Positions 39,348-53,346 of a DNA stretch of 64,000 nt are shown piece by piece. Source of the stretch: Tubulanus polymorphus (lineage: Eukaryota; Animalia; Nemertea); NCBI RefSeq assembly GCF_964204645.1, contig NC_134026.1, positions 22,788,150 through 22,852,149 on the forward strand. The letters are read 5' to 3'. The translations under genes and the position numbers were made by a program. How positions within the stretch are numbered: position 1 is the first letter of the stretch; every line of letters starts with the position of its first letter. Below the pieces are notes generated by a model. That model was given only the letters and a program-made list of their open reading frames with translations, was not told the origin of the DNA and ran no database searches.

Positions 39348-41162
39348 TATCAAGGCTTTCGTGATTTCTTATTAGCAATTTAGGTGCTTGAATTTGAAAA
39401 ATTCCAAATCTACATGGGCGCTGACATATTGGATAATCCTAACTACCGTATATTCCATAGTATATGGACTTGGCGTTTCTATAAATAGTAGAATTTGATA
39501 GTATTATTATCATTATTCATAGATCCCTGATTTGTATTTCAGTGGCTGGCTTCAGAATTCATTAATTATAGAGTAATTCCTGTTGATTGTCTTGGATTGT
39601 ATTCGTAATCTATCGGTACTGTAAGTATCATTCACTGCGGACCTGCATAGTTTACACTGACAACGAGAAGTCTAGTAAAAAAAAATCACCGGTTCAAATA
39701 TCTAAATTTAAATTCTGGCTTCATTAAAGCACTAAAAACTGGAATCTGCCTCATTTAGGAACTCTACTAACTGTCAGTAAGTTCAAACCGGTTTTTAAGG
39801 AACTAATTTGAGAAGATTTTTCAAAAAGCATCGACGAAATTAAATTAAATTGACCACCAAATACAAATATAGGCCTAAATTGACTTTATTGAATGACATT
39901 ATCAGATTATTATTATCATATGGAGAATATTGGGATATTGAGCTGAGGCACAGGGGCCTTGCACGACTCTTTACATATTGCTACCCTGGCCTAGCTAAAT
40001 TAGGATGCTTGGTGTATTAGACAAGTTTCATCCCCTGCCCCTCCTCATCAGACTCGTATACATGGTGGGTTTAGTTAGTAGAAGTAGGCTTCAATTATAA
40101 TTGGAGCCTACACTCTACTAATAATCATTTTCTGTGTATTCATGTCTAAAAGCAAACTATCAATTGGTAATTGTAATTTTGAATTCATTATAGTAATGAT
40201 AAGAAGTAAGTGTTTTATTCACCCAGTCCTGGCAGTGGCTGTCTCCACAGTGTATCTCCGTCGCTCTACGATCCTAGTGTAACCAACCACCCAGATGCGT
40301 GCATTCAAATTCGCTGTACAGTTGCCGACCAGAATTTGGTCAGCTTTTTTTGTCCGTGTTCAAACTGCGATATCTCAGCTTGTAAACAACCGATTTTGAT
40401 AAATAAACTATCTACACTAACCTGATGATGTCCTGCGGTAGTTCATTATATCATTTTGACGACAAATTTGATCTTAGTATGACTGGATTTAAGATATAAA
40501 ATTGATGCACTGTTTAACGATGAGACACGCATCGCTCAAGTTGTCTTGTTGCTAACGAACTACAGTGTTACAATGCCTAGTTTCAAAGTGAAAAAATGGT
40601 GTCATTTTTGCTATTTCTTTATTTATATCGCATCAAGCACAGATTATGATGAAGGAACCTCCGAATGAATATAATAATAAGAAAACTGAATGTATGAGGT
40701 TTGAAACGATAGTTTATTTTTTACAATCGGTTTAGTGAAACTGGATTTCTGATGGTTTAAAGTCACAGTGATTTGAGAGTATTGAGAAAATGTCGTTCGC
40801 ATCTTAGTGTCTGTGGTACATCAGACACTAAGGTTCTTGGTGAAGTGTTTTATATATGTAGCCCTAAATCCAGCTTTTAAAAACCACTCAGGAGCGCTTT
40901 ACATAAAAGCCTCATTAAAGAGGAAATGTTTAAATTACATTTATTAACGAAGCAATTGAACCAAATGATCAAGCTGACAGGCATTGAATATTATTGGTGA
41001 AGAGGAAGGTTGCAAAGACACAATAAAAATATCAGGGGTTTGGTTTTTGTAAGGCTATTCAATTTTATTTGAATATCATTGTTGAAAATTGAGATATTTG
41101 AAATGCAGTGTATTCAAGCAGTTATTTGTCATCAGTTAGGCCTATTTGAATATCATAGCTAG

Positions 41163-41652
41163 AGTCTATTCTGTTTTGTCTTGGATTGATTTTTTACAAA
41201 TATTTCGCTTTATCTTTTTAATACACACCTCAAATTGGTCTTGTGATACGATCAGTGACACTGTGCTGTCTGAATAAACCATCGTGTTTATCCATTTTAC
41301 ATTGTATTGGAGGATTTCCAAAAAGTCTTCATTTTCTCATGTTGAAAAGAGAAAACATCAGCCATTTTTGGAATTTTGGACGATGTACGTTTCCATGATT
41401 TGAAAATTATTTCTAAATGGTAGGCATGGAATTATATTGTTAGAATTGATTTAGTCTATAAAATGGAGTCTCTTTTCTCCGATTCAAATGAGTAAAAGAA
41501 GACATTTTGGCAATCGTTCAATACATTGCAAAATGGATATAAAAACGATGGTTTATTCAGGCTGCAGAGTTTTACTAGTCAAATTGCGGAATCTTTTAAA
41601 AAAATCAAGTGAATATCCCAAAAAATCGATCCTAGACAAAAATAATTAGACT
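41163..41652. mobile_element. About 490 bp foldback / long-TIR MITE upstream of the WD40 start codon
   Basis: ttttgtcttggattgattttt...ctgaataaaccatcgtgtttatccatttt...gtcttc is mirrored by gaagac...aaaatggatataaaaacgatggtttattcag...aaaaatcgatcctagacaaaa; arms about 200 bp, diverged. Confidence 0.75.
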
Positions 41653-41939
41653 TTAGGCCTACTGCCTTACTGTGTAGTCTGTGTTGGTATAATTGTCAAA
41701 TAACTGTTTAATGTATTTTTTCACAGGTTGAATTGACACATCAAGTGCCATTGTTGCATTGTTCGTTTTCTAATTCGATCGTTTTGATTGCTCTGTGTGA
41801 AGTGTATGCCGTCAAGCAGAACTCTGACGCGAGGTATTCATTTGACGTGTAGAGCAGTGTCCATTTATCCGTTGACTCTACTACAGGCTGGATTAACTGA
41901 TTGAATCAAGCTGTGGTTGAGATAAATATTTTCGTAAAA

Positions 41940-44900
41940 ATGACGACAGCAACTTCTTACCATTTGAACCCCAAAAATGTTCCGACTAGGAGTTTAGGGG
42001 CTGGGGCAGCGGATTTTGATTTGGACGGCGGTGGAGAAGAGGTCAAAGTTTCAAAAGGTCCATTTGTTGAGGGTCAAATTAAAGTTCTACAAATCATGTA
42101 AGTTTTCAATTGATTTTCAGAAATGATTAGGCCCTGTACAGTGAGAGCAATTCTCAAAATTATGCACCCTATTATTCCTTTTTCATTAATGAAATTGAAT
42201 CAGTATTTTACTTTTTTCAATCCTTATTTGTTTTTCTGTATTATCCGGTAGGCCTATTTACTTTGTTTGTCATGTGCTTGTCACTTAAATGTTTCATAAT
42301 TTGAGGTTTTTTACTTTTTCATAGCGAATGTCCGATGGAAATAATGACTTGTCGTTACCATAAAGATGGTTCGATATTAGCAGTTGGATTCCTCGATGGT
42401 TCTATAAAGGTAGGCTAAAATCACTTTCATATTTCCTTTTCATTTCTGAGCACCTGTGGTTTCATTATCATCATATTTTATGGGACTAGCACATATAAAA
42501 AGTATTTTCCCTGACTGAATAGTGAAGTAAAAATAGACCATTGCTCAATTAGCCTAATACATGAAAGTCTATGAATATCTGGCTATAAATATATGGTTTC
42601 AATCGTGTTAGTGAAAATCGTAGTTTAGTAAATAGAGTAATTTGATTACGCTGTTGTCATACTTGATGTATTGTTCAGGTAGATCGAACAACCTACTAAT
42701 AATTTCACTGACAATTAGTATCATGACAAAGCTTCTAAGTAAATCATTCTTAAGAATGTTTGAAGTTTGCCCCCGTAGTGCAAATTTGTAAATCTAGTCA
42801 ATTCGGTTTTCAAGTGCAAACTCAAATCAAAACCTTGGGAGTTGATTTTAGGTTTTTCTATCAAATTCTATTCTGCTGACGAGACATCACCTTTGATCAA
42901 TGTAAGAGATATGTGCTGTTGCCACGAATACAGGGTAAATCGACGTTTGATTTCTCGGTCTACGGTTCATCGATCGAGATTCTGATGAAAGTTATCACTG
43001 TCTTTAATTTATCGTTAAACGTCGTTGAATATCCGGTTACGAACTTAGCCCCGTCGTCTCATGAACAAGTGCATCGTTTTTCAATTTCCGCACAATGTGA
43101 ATTGGTTTATTTAGCCTTCAATCGAGCGACTATTGCATATTTTATGACGTTCATTAATGAAGGTGATTGATAAGCCTTCCGTTTTCCTTGCCACCATTAT
43201 TAAGATAAGGACCATTTGGCAGTTAGATTTTTAAGAATATAGAATTGCTAGATTGCTCGCACAGTGGTGACGTATGTTAGCAATATATTGAAACTGAATT
43301 TGATCTTGAGTAAGTGTTGCCAGCAATGTTGCTTCTTTTAAAGCATTGTCAATCCATGTATCACCCTGAAGACTAAGCCTAAAATCAATTTATGACCCTA
43401 ACAAAACAGACCGAAATCTTAAAATTGCTTAATAGATGTTGTAATAAATGTTAATGAAAACATGTTTGGCTATGCAATAACATTAGTTTGGCCCACTTGT
43501 AATAGGCCTACAAAAGTTACAATTTAATCATCCGAAATTTCAATTTCAGATATATGATTCAGATAGTGGTAAAGATATTTATCATTTAATTGATGATGAG
43601 GTAAAGAATTCACGCCTGCCTGTAACGTCTATTAGATTTCAACCATTATCTGAAGAACAACCATCGCCGACAAATATTCTTGTTGCTACATGTGAGTTTT
43701 TATTTGTGTGCCAATAGGCTAGGCTAATACTATTTTTTGAAAATGGGTTGCATGAATATAACACTGATAAAATTTCGTGTATGTTTTAGATGCCTCAGGT
43801 CTGGTGAAATTCTGGCATTATTCGTCACAAAAATGTATGTTCACATTAACCGAAAAAAGGCAAACTCTTACTCAGGCGTTCAATCCTGAAGGCGATCGCT
43901 TCATTACTGCTGGTGCTTCCATGGAAATTCCTATTTATGATACGAAAACTAAACAATGTATTCGCATTTGCCAACCAAGGTATGAAACTACTACAGAAGT
44001 AAGCTTTTTTGCTGGCGGTTTTCAAACAAGGTATCGGTTCTGTAAGAAGGGTTTATGTGGAGATATATTTACCATTGTGTGCGTAGGATCTACACTGATT
44101 ACTGATTGAGTAATTTTTCTTTATCGTGTCTCAGATTATTAAGTTGATTTTTCTTCACAGGCCAGATGAATACTGTAATAAAATGTTCATTTATTGTGAT
44201 AGCCACGACATTACTGGCCAGCAAAAAGTCGATTTTGAAATAGCCTTTATTACAAAACAGCCATATTTTGATAAATGATGGCGACGATCAATAAGTGAAA
44301 AACAATACTCAAGCCCTTGAAGGGCTTTGAGGTACCGTATGGAAATTCTTTATAATCTTCTGCAGGAAAAACTTTGAATGATTTCATTTCAATTCATTCA
44401 AACCGTTTATCAAATCTGTCAAATTTTCTGCGTGTGCAATCAGCTGTGGAGTTTACATTACGATTTTTTACATCATTGAATTTCGTATTTATTCAATGTA
44501 TTGAATGCTTCAATGAAAACGGGTGTTTTTTCTGCGATTGAAAATGTCAAGAATGCTGATCAGCAGGTTCCATTCGATATTGAATTAGATTTCGATTCAC
44601 TCGATACACCCCTCCCCCCCCCCCCCCCCCGGACCTGGTAATCTTTATCGTGTGTCTGTGTGTGTGTGCATAGCATTGAATAAACACGATCAGTGAGAAA
44701 ATCTCATTTATTCTTTTCACCGCAATGCAAATTCTTCAAAGGACCAATTCTATCGCAAACATTTATCCAGCCATTTAAGAATAGTGGTTATATCAGTCTG
44801 GCATTATTTGAAATACATAGGAACACTTGTTTGTCTTGTCCTGAGCCTCTTTCAAACAACAGTTACACCTGTCAATGTACTAGTGGATATGTTATTTCTA

Positions 44901-47900
44901 TCATTTAAATGCAGACATTTTAGGATCTTTCATTTAAAAACCATACATTAAAGTAGAATTGGTTGGAATGAGTTTTAAGATATAATAGAGACTGCTTACA
45001 AATAGTGAATTACCCGTATACCTAGTCTAGAATCGGAATATATCTATACCAGTACATTTTGCTGTTTTCCGATGAAATATGAATCATTTTCCTGAAAGTA
45101 ATTGCGTTAGTCATACATGCCGTCCTTCCGTGATTATATTATTTCATAATGGAAATTGAATAGTAGACCTGCTTATTCAAATGCGATGCAGGGGGGAAAG
45201 AAAAATCGAGCTTGTGAGAAGACCCGAGGGCCTTGTTAAGAATGGCCAGACATATCTAACAAACAGGTTTTTTATATGGTAGAACTATCTGATACCAACA
45301 GGTTGGCATTGAATTAAAGAAATCTATCTTTCTATTCAGTTTGATTCAGTACCTGTTACTAGTACTGTTATCAAATGTGATTAAGTACCGCATAACCTGA
45401 TTGAAACACTGATTTCAAAGGTCCGATTCAAAAGGTAAAATCCGTTTTTTTTTTTCAAAAGAACTGTTTATACTCGCGGGTCTATGGCGCCAGTGCATAC
45501 GGAATGATTTCGATTAAATTCAGATGATATTCATTGCGCAAAAGGACATTTATTGAGATCATTGTTTATGATAGCGAAGATAAAAGAAATAAATTTTCCA
45601 AAAAACATTTCATAGAAATTCCTTCTCAATGAAAAATTGTCAGAAAAGCATTTCATAAAATGTGATATCTTTCTTAAAATGTGAGATTTACCTAATTTGT
45701 TGGATGATTTTTACCTGATATTTCAGTGCTGGAGGCTGGTGAGTTAATCGATAAATTATGAAACAATTCATCGATTAAATGAATAATTTTTCATTAACGT
45801 TTGTTGAAAAAGCAATGATATGCAGTTCAAATCATTACTTGTGATTGATAATCATTCTGCACAATTTTTTGTCACAACTTATGCACTGTTTGAAAATTTG
45901 GATTTTATAAGCTATTTTCATTCCCCTAAGGTGATTGAACATTAGACTCAACAAATGGAAAGTGGGTAAAAGTTTTTGAATAGGTCCATGATTGGCTCTA
46001 ATCATGGCTCTATAAACTGGACAGATGCTGGGAATGAGGAGCGTTGGTCTAATTGAGTCACCTTACAGATGGATGCATGGCAATAACTGCATGTTTTTTT
46101 TTCTTACGGATGAACTCTACCAAAAAATACAATCGGTTTTACTCTTGTATTCTCGGTATCGTACATTGTTAGGCTTGAAGTGAATTTTATGAGACAATAT
46201 TATATCTAATAGTGTGACTTGATTAATGCGAGAATCCATTTACTTTCCAATGATCAGATATATTTTCTATGCTTGTCTTGACTCGCAAATTTTTCAGTTC
46301 CTTGCATTATAACCTGAACGTTTATATGAATTTTGACTTCTAAATCAACTTTCAACCTGATTTGGTCTTTTCTATGGAAATTGATTTATTATGCATATTG
46401 TTACTATGCTGTTCATGAAAATGACATGCATGTGAACGAAGATTGATAAATTATTTTCGATACACGGTTGGCCTGGCATTTCTATGCCTTTACTAGTGTT
46501 TAAAATGGTATGGAAATTTGGATATGTAGAATTATTCTATTATATATCGGTTGTCAGATTCATAGTTATTCAGATTTGTTTCTTTTGTTCTATCTCAGCG
46601 ATTCTCGAAACATCATGAACGGTCATCGATCCAGGATATTTGCAGTCCAGTATCATCCAAACATTTCAGGGCTTTTCATATCCGGTGGATGGGATGATAC
46701 CATACAGGTACAGTTATTGAATCGATTATAGGCTGGTACATTTTGTTCTGATGTCTGAGACTTTGTTAAATAGCAGTTGATATATTTATTTATAGTTTTG
46801 GGATGAGAGAGAACAACATTCTATCAGGTAAAATTATTGAACCTAGCTTGTTGAATATTTGATTGACAAAATGATTAACAAAACTTTTTTGTGATTTTTC
46901 CCCAGGAAAATCTCAGGAGTGAATGGACCACATATCTGTGGAGATGCTATGGACATCGATCCTTTTCACGGTCACATACTAACTGGATCCTGGAGAAAGG
47001 ATAACACATTACAGGTATGACCCATGCACAGATTTGTTAATCACTTGTGTTAAGATAGGTTCGTGTTGAATGCGCGACATGCATTGCAAGATCTAAATTG
47101 ATTCACTGTTTTCTATTTCAGATCTGGGATTTTGCTTCCGGAGACAAAGTGAAAGATGTACCACAAGATACCTTACAAAGATGTCAGGTAATTTGATTTG
47201 TGCTCTTATCATACAGTCGTCTAGCTTTCCACAGATAGTTCTTACATATTGTACTGAACATGTATCCGTTGCAACAGTGTTTCATGTCGCACTATGTAGC
47301 GTAGAACTAATGAATATTGACATTTTTCTGATATATTAGCCTTGTCCATATGGTGGTCCCAAAAAAGAAGATATGGTGAGATCAATTGTTCCAAAAATGT
47401 ACACAATACTATGTTGCATGGTTTTATAAATGTCTTCATCTTATGTCTTCTGGTGCTGTTTATAATATGTACTCATATACAAAAGGTGTATTTTCTTCAT
47501 TGTTTACTTCTGTATATCCCCAATTGATGTTTTTCCATTGTGTTTGACCCAAAATGATGGTAATTTTGAAATAATATGGGACCTCATAGTTATCATTTTT
47601 TTTCAGCTCTACTGTGCACAATGGCTTGGCAGAGATATGATTGCTTGTGCGGGTTCTGACAACAACATAGTTCGTATTATTGACAGAGGAACTTTAAATG
47701 TAAGTTATAGCTATGCATGAACTAGTTGAATCTACTAAGGGCCTGCTATGTGTTTATTTTAGCAGTTTATAGGAGTCTGTATGTTTCCACATATACATGT
47801 ACATAGCATCAAATACATGTACAGTATTCTACCAGTATTTTCATTCAATCTATTGATTATCTTCAGACTATTGGTCAGTTGGTTGATTTGCCGCAGGGAG

Positions 47901-47995
47901 TGTACTGTATGGATAATACAAGAGCTAACAACAACCCCAAGGTGGCGTGTGGAAGCAAGAATTCCATATACATCGTTAGACAGGACAAGATTTAA
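41940..47995 (+). CDS. WD40-repeat protein (10 coding exons), orthology not recognised
   Basis: Spliced: LAVGFLDGSIKIYD, LPVTSIRF, ATYASGLVKFWH, GHRSRIFAVQYHP..FISGGWDDTIQFWD, GPHICGDAMDI, ILTGSWRKDNTLQIWD; stop TAA at 47993-47995. Confidence 0.88.
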
Positions 47996-49084
47996 TCTGA
48001 GATATTTCCAACGAAAGTGCTTCATGTCATGGAAGGAATTGATTCTGCTATTATTTCCCAAAAAGAAAACCCTTCTAAGGAATCAATAGCTATGTTGTTT
48101 ACATCCAACCGAAGATGTTTTGAATATATTTTTTTGCATATTTTGCATATAATATGTCGTATAATTTTTAGAAATTATACCTGTGCTTATTTGAAGAGGG
48201 TGTTGTATGATTGAAACTTTGAGGAAAAGCGCGGATGCAAGTAACCAACTGCTGACTAGAGAATTCATTACATTATTTTCTTTACTTCATTGTGTTATTT
48301 ATTAAGCTCCCTAAATAGCAGCAGCATCATAATCCTTTATCAAAATCATAACCAAACCACTATAGAGAAAATACTTGAAAACTTTTGTTGATAAGTTAAA
48401 TTTGCGTTATAAATGTACATATGATAAGTATGGTGATAGATGCATTTTGTAGAGTTGAGTAGCATTTTACAACAATCCATCTGATCATCATTTACAAGGC
48501 TGCCTATAAGATTATATTGTGTTACAAACAAAATTTGTTCCAAACTGCATAATTAACTTGCTGAATAGGTATAAAACAGATACTATATTTAAATGAACGT
48601 GGCCGAAAAATTTTATATCTCCATTTTTTCGTGAACCGTATATTTGTTGAAAGATTATTTTTAATGTGTATGTTAATCAATTGTCAATGAAACAAACTGC
48701 TATACCAAATAAATAGAATGTAAATAGATACCGTCCACAAAAAAAGTGTACATATAACCACATTATTTGTGATATACGTTGTATTGTAGAATTCATAGTC
48801 TAAATAAAACTTTTGTTGTAACAATTGATCTTTTCTGGCTCCTTAGTTTGAATGATGCAATCCTCATGATCTATTCGTTTTCTCTACTCAGTCCTGGAAA
48901 TTGTTGTATCCTCATCCACAGTGATCTCTGTCATTCTATGCTCCTAGTATAACCAATACGGATAACAAACATCAAGGTAGATAAAATGGAAAATATAAGT
49001 TATCCATTATCCAGTTTATTCATGTTTCCTATTGCCAATTCCCACAATAATAACATCATAATGACAAAACAATAAACATTGTAA

Positions 49085-52000
49085 TTAATCTGGCAGTTTT
49101 AATGGAGCTATATCAATATCAAGATCATCGTTATCTGAAGCTAATAGATTGGTATCAGTCTCTTCTGTAGTTGGTAATTCTGAGGCTTTTACTTCTAAAT
49201 TTTGACTAGAATGCACATGTATAGAGTCCACATTTTGTGAAATATTATCGACATTTTCTTGTGTATCACTTATCACAGTTGGTGGTTGTGATGCAAGAGA
49301 CTCCACTTGATGAATATTTTGCGTCTCTGATTGAGATATTTCAGTATTCATTGATGATGCAGGTTCAATTCGGTCGTCAATTCGAGTTCCTGACAATTCA
49401 ACAGCAGGAGATTCACCATGTGATTCTTTTTTATCGATTAACATAGTTAACGGCTCTTCTTCACTCCCAGCATCAGCAGTTGAGTCGGCGCTGATTTCAG
49501 TATTCGATAAAACGGTCTCCGATCCTGAAGGTGGCTGGGTTGTATCATCAGTCTCCGGATCGTCTGCTACAGGGGGCGCTTCATCTCTCTCTGGTATGAG
49601 ATGTTCAATCGGAGCTAGAATGGAAGCCACGTCTACTATACCAATATTACCCTGAAATAAAAAAAGAACAAAGAACATGAAATTCCTCAAATACTGAAGT
49701 TCCAGGAAGAAAATTCTTTTTAGATATGCAAACCTTACCAGTCTAACTAGTTCAATCAATGGTAATCCGAATATCTGAGCAATTTGTGCCGGAGGAAACA
49801 GGGTCTGTAGACATTTGTTCAAGTACGGAATGAGTTCGCGTGCAAGAACATGACAAAATTGTCCAAATGCGCTGCGTTCTCTTTGATCAAACACCGATTC
49901 TTCAGCCCTGGAAGATTTGACAAAAAATCTGAATTGGTCGATTTACCTTGAAATGCTGGGAATAGTTAAATTCGAGTTGGCAACTTTTTCAAACATTTCA
50001 TCAAATTTTAATGGCGACTTAATTGGCAGAGTTGGGATAAATTCATTAGGTCTAATACATGAATAAACAAACCTGTGAAATCCGAGTATAACTCTAATGA
50101 CGTGAGCGAGTGATGCTTGAAGTTTTTCGGCTACATTGCCAGCAACTGATATAGGAACACACAGACGTAGATCGTTGAAAGAAGTGAGAATGTTGTTACA
50201 GTACGCGGCTAATGGTTGATAATCAAGAAGCACTAGAGGCGGAGAAAGCTGCATCGACTGAAATAAACACAAATCATGATCATGATTATATTATAGGGTA
50301 CAATTAATATGTATAGAATCAATTTCTTCAACATTCCTTTTGTTTGAGATATGTAGGATGGATATATCTCTAATACACTTTTTTCAATCTTAAAATAGGG
50401 ATTGACCCTGTTATTTATTTGATTGGTAGATTTAGTTTGATCTATTCTTATTAAGTAATTTTGGTTCTGGTTCATTCAAACAATCTTCAAACTAAACAAT
50501 TAATATGTTTACCCTGTTATTTATTTGATTGGTAGATTTCATTTGATTGGTTCTAATCTAGTGTCCCTTACAAACCCACACCTGCCAAAAGTGAGACAGA
50601 GGGTTTGATATAGTTCTGTGATCGGTGGTCGAAATTACATTTTTTGTTTAACCCTTTCAGTGCTAACTTATTAATACCCTATAGTGCTGGACATAATTTG
50701 AAAATTTTTTTAAATTCCACCCTAGTGTGTTGAATAAAGGGATTACCACTATGGTGCATCTACACTGCGGCGCGGTGTATCGTTAGTTACTCATATTTCA
50801 CTTTGTTTGACAGGTGCTGCCTTTTTTCAAGAGAGATAATTACTAATCACTAAATGAATCAATACACCGCAGTGCGGTGTACTAGCAAAATCTATCACTG
50901 ATTTATACACTGCACTGCGGTGTAGACGCACTGAAAGGGTTAAATTAAAGTACATAATTAGGAATTTGGGTTCTGGTTCATTCAAACAATCTTCGAACCA
51001 GCCTAATTTATTCTATTTGATTCAAAAGGAGTGGAAGTGGTGATTACACAAAATCTTGATCGGATCTTAAATTCTTTACTCACATGAGTTAAATTAGAAT
51101 GAGTTGTTGTAGTTAAACCAGGAGAGCTTAGCAGACTATAAGACTGCATGGCTTCATCAAATCTATAAATACAATATCAAATCGTTAAGACATAATGACG
51201 GGTATAACAACACGTACTACATCCATCAAATCTGATAACTGACTTACTTTGAATTAGCATTTTTTAGAGCAGCGTCAAATTCTTTTAGAGCCGCGCGTTG
51301 GAAAATTGGAGGCAAAAGTCCGCGGAAATCTGCACCGACACGGCTGAAACTCAATCCGAAGTACATACACTGCCCGAGTATCGAATCAAGACGATTTCCA
51401 ATGCCTCGATCAAGATCAGATTCTAACGTAGCCAGAAACTGGGACACCTACATATGTAATGAGAACTTTCAGTTGCATTCAATGAAAAATAAACAGCCTG
51501 TCAATTGAGACACAATTTATAAATTTCAAAGACACACATTTCAATTTACCTTTTCCAAAATCCAGCCGTGAAATATCGCGGCTTCATTGATGCTGTCATC
51601 TCTAGCGGAGAAAAACGTATCATCATCGGAGAAAATCGCTCTATATTGAGTTATGATATCGAACAGATGAACACGACTCGCTTCGACACTCTTAGTTATA
51701 TGATGGTACGCTATGAATTTAAAGATTTTCAAACATTAACATCAATCACAATTTCGTATGTTGTGAATAAATCTAATCGACTTCTTACCATCTTCCGCTG
51801 ATATTCCTTTCAATACATTCTGAAACCATGAGTCTCTCGCCTAAATAAACACAAGTGAAGCAGGTTCATATTCTTATACTACATATAGGCCTACACCCAA
51901 AACCATAACGCATAATGTTTGAGATGAAATATCAAATGGAACAAACCTGTAGAAATTTGATTCTCAATTCTGCTTCGTTGAACACATCTAGCCGACGTAG

Positions 52001-53346
52001 ATAACCAATCACGCGTAAGCACGCCGGTAGCTGGATGTTAGTGCGTAGCTGCTGTATTAGTTGAGTCAGCATCAGCTGAGTTGATGACTTCACTTCTTCT
52101 ACGATATTCTACAGTAGAGATCGAAAAAAATGTGTTGCACAATTGAATCCAGTATGTGGAACCTGCTTAGACCGGATACTGATAGTGGAACCTGGACTGG
52201 ATACTGATAGGCTAATCGAAATTTATATAGTTTTCTTATCCCAGTTTTTTTTATGACAAGCATCGACTTAATATCATGAAGACAAAGTATATTCCTGGGC
52301 AGTTAGACGCGTTTTTGTCAATATTGATATCCTATCACTGCCTACCTGAATAACAGGAATGGACGAATGCTTCTTTTCCAATCTCTTCACATGAGCTGCA
52401 AGTTCCAACGCTTCTTCGTAATAACCGTTACGAACGCATGTGTCCATCAATTGTGGCATTTCAAGAATTTCTAATAGTTGTGTGTGTCGTTGCAATGTCT
52501 GCGAGTTCATGCGGCGACTGATGTTGATGTCTTCAGCGATTTGCAAGAAATCGCTGCATTCTGAAGAGAATTTAGGCAGCTTTTCCAACAAATCGCACAC
52601 GTGTTCTTCGATTATTTGAAACTAGAATTCACAAATATACCGGACTATAGTAAACATCATCAGTAACGTATCGTCCAAAAATATAAACATGTAGGTCTCA
52701 AGTAAAGGTCACACAAATATTGAAATTAATTGGGAAGTATTTGATGAGCAATATGATAGAGATTAAGTATAGAACTTGTTATTGACGATAGCTGCAATGA
52801 TCAGTTAGGCGCAAGAGGCAAAATATCTTCAGTCAGTATCTAAAGCAAGACAACAACTAGCCCATTATACTTACGTCCTGAAAGATTTCTTTTGAACATT
52901 CTGCCGTTTGAATGAATGTTTTATAGTTTTGGAAGGCTAAATCTTGAGTTTGTTCCAAAACTTGAGCTCGTTCCTCGGCGAGACGATCCGGTTCACGAGC
53001 TGAAAGTGAATTGAGAAAAAACTATTCGAAGAATTTCTTACTACTTTTGACAACAATACAACATCTTTCTATTTCAAGCTAGGTTATTCGTACCTAGTTT
53101 ATCTACTCCAAAGGAACTCAATTCTGACAGATATTCTGCAAAGTGAGGGTCTTCATTCCAGTTATCTAAAAAATAAAAACATATTGGAATGTATCAGTTA
53201 GAAGGCTTAAAAAGATTGAAAGACTGAGAATAGAGAAAAAATTTAGAAGTCAAAGACAAGGTATCATGAGTAAAGAATATACCTGGAAATGCATCTCTGA
53301 ATATGGCTGATAATATATTCGCATCATCCACGTCAAGTGAAGCCAT
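49085..53346 (-). CDS. COG8: Conserved oligomeric Golgi complex subunit 8
   Basis: [127 protein letters not shown]. Confidence 0.96.
50652..50939. mobile_element. 288 bp piggyBac-type MITE in a COG8 intron
   Basis: TTAA|ccctttcagtgc ... gcactgaaaggg|TTAA: perfect 12 bp TIR beginning CCC, with internal tacac(c/t)gc-nn-gcggtgta palindromes. Confidence 0.9.

Noticed and set aside
40020-40055. CTGATGA...GAAACTTGTC on the - strand resembling a hammerhead core
   Set aside because: The intervening purine run cannot form stem II, and no stem I pairing is evident.
44607-44668. Poly-C tract and (TG)n
   Set aside because: Simple intronic repeats with no further structure.
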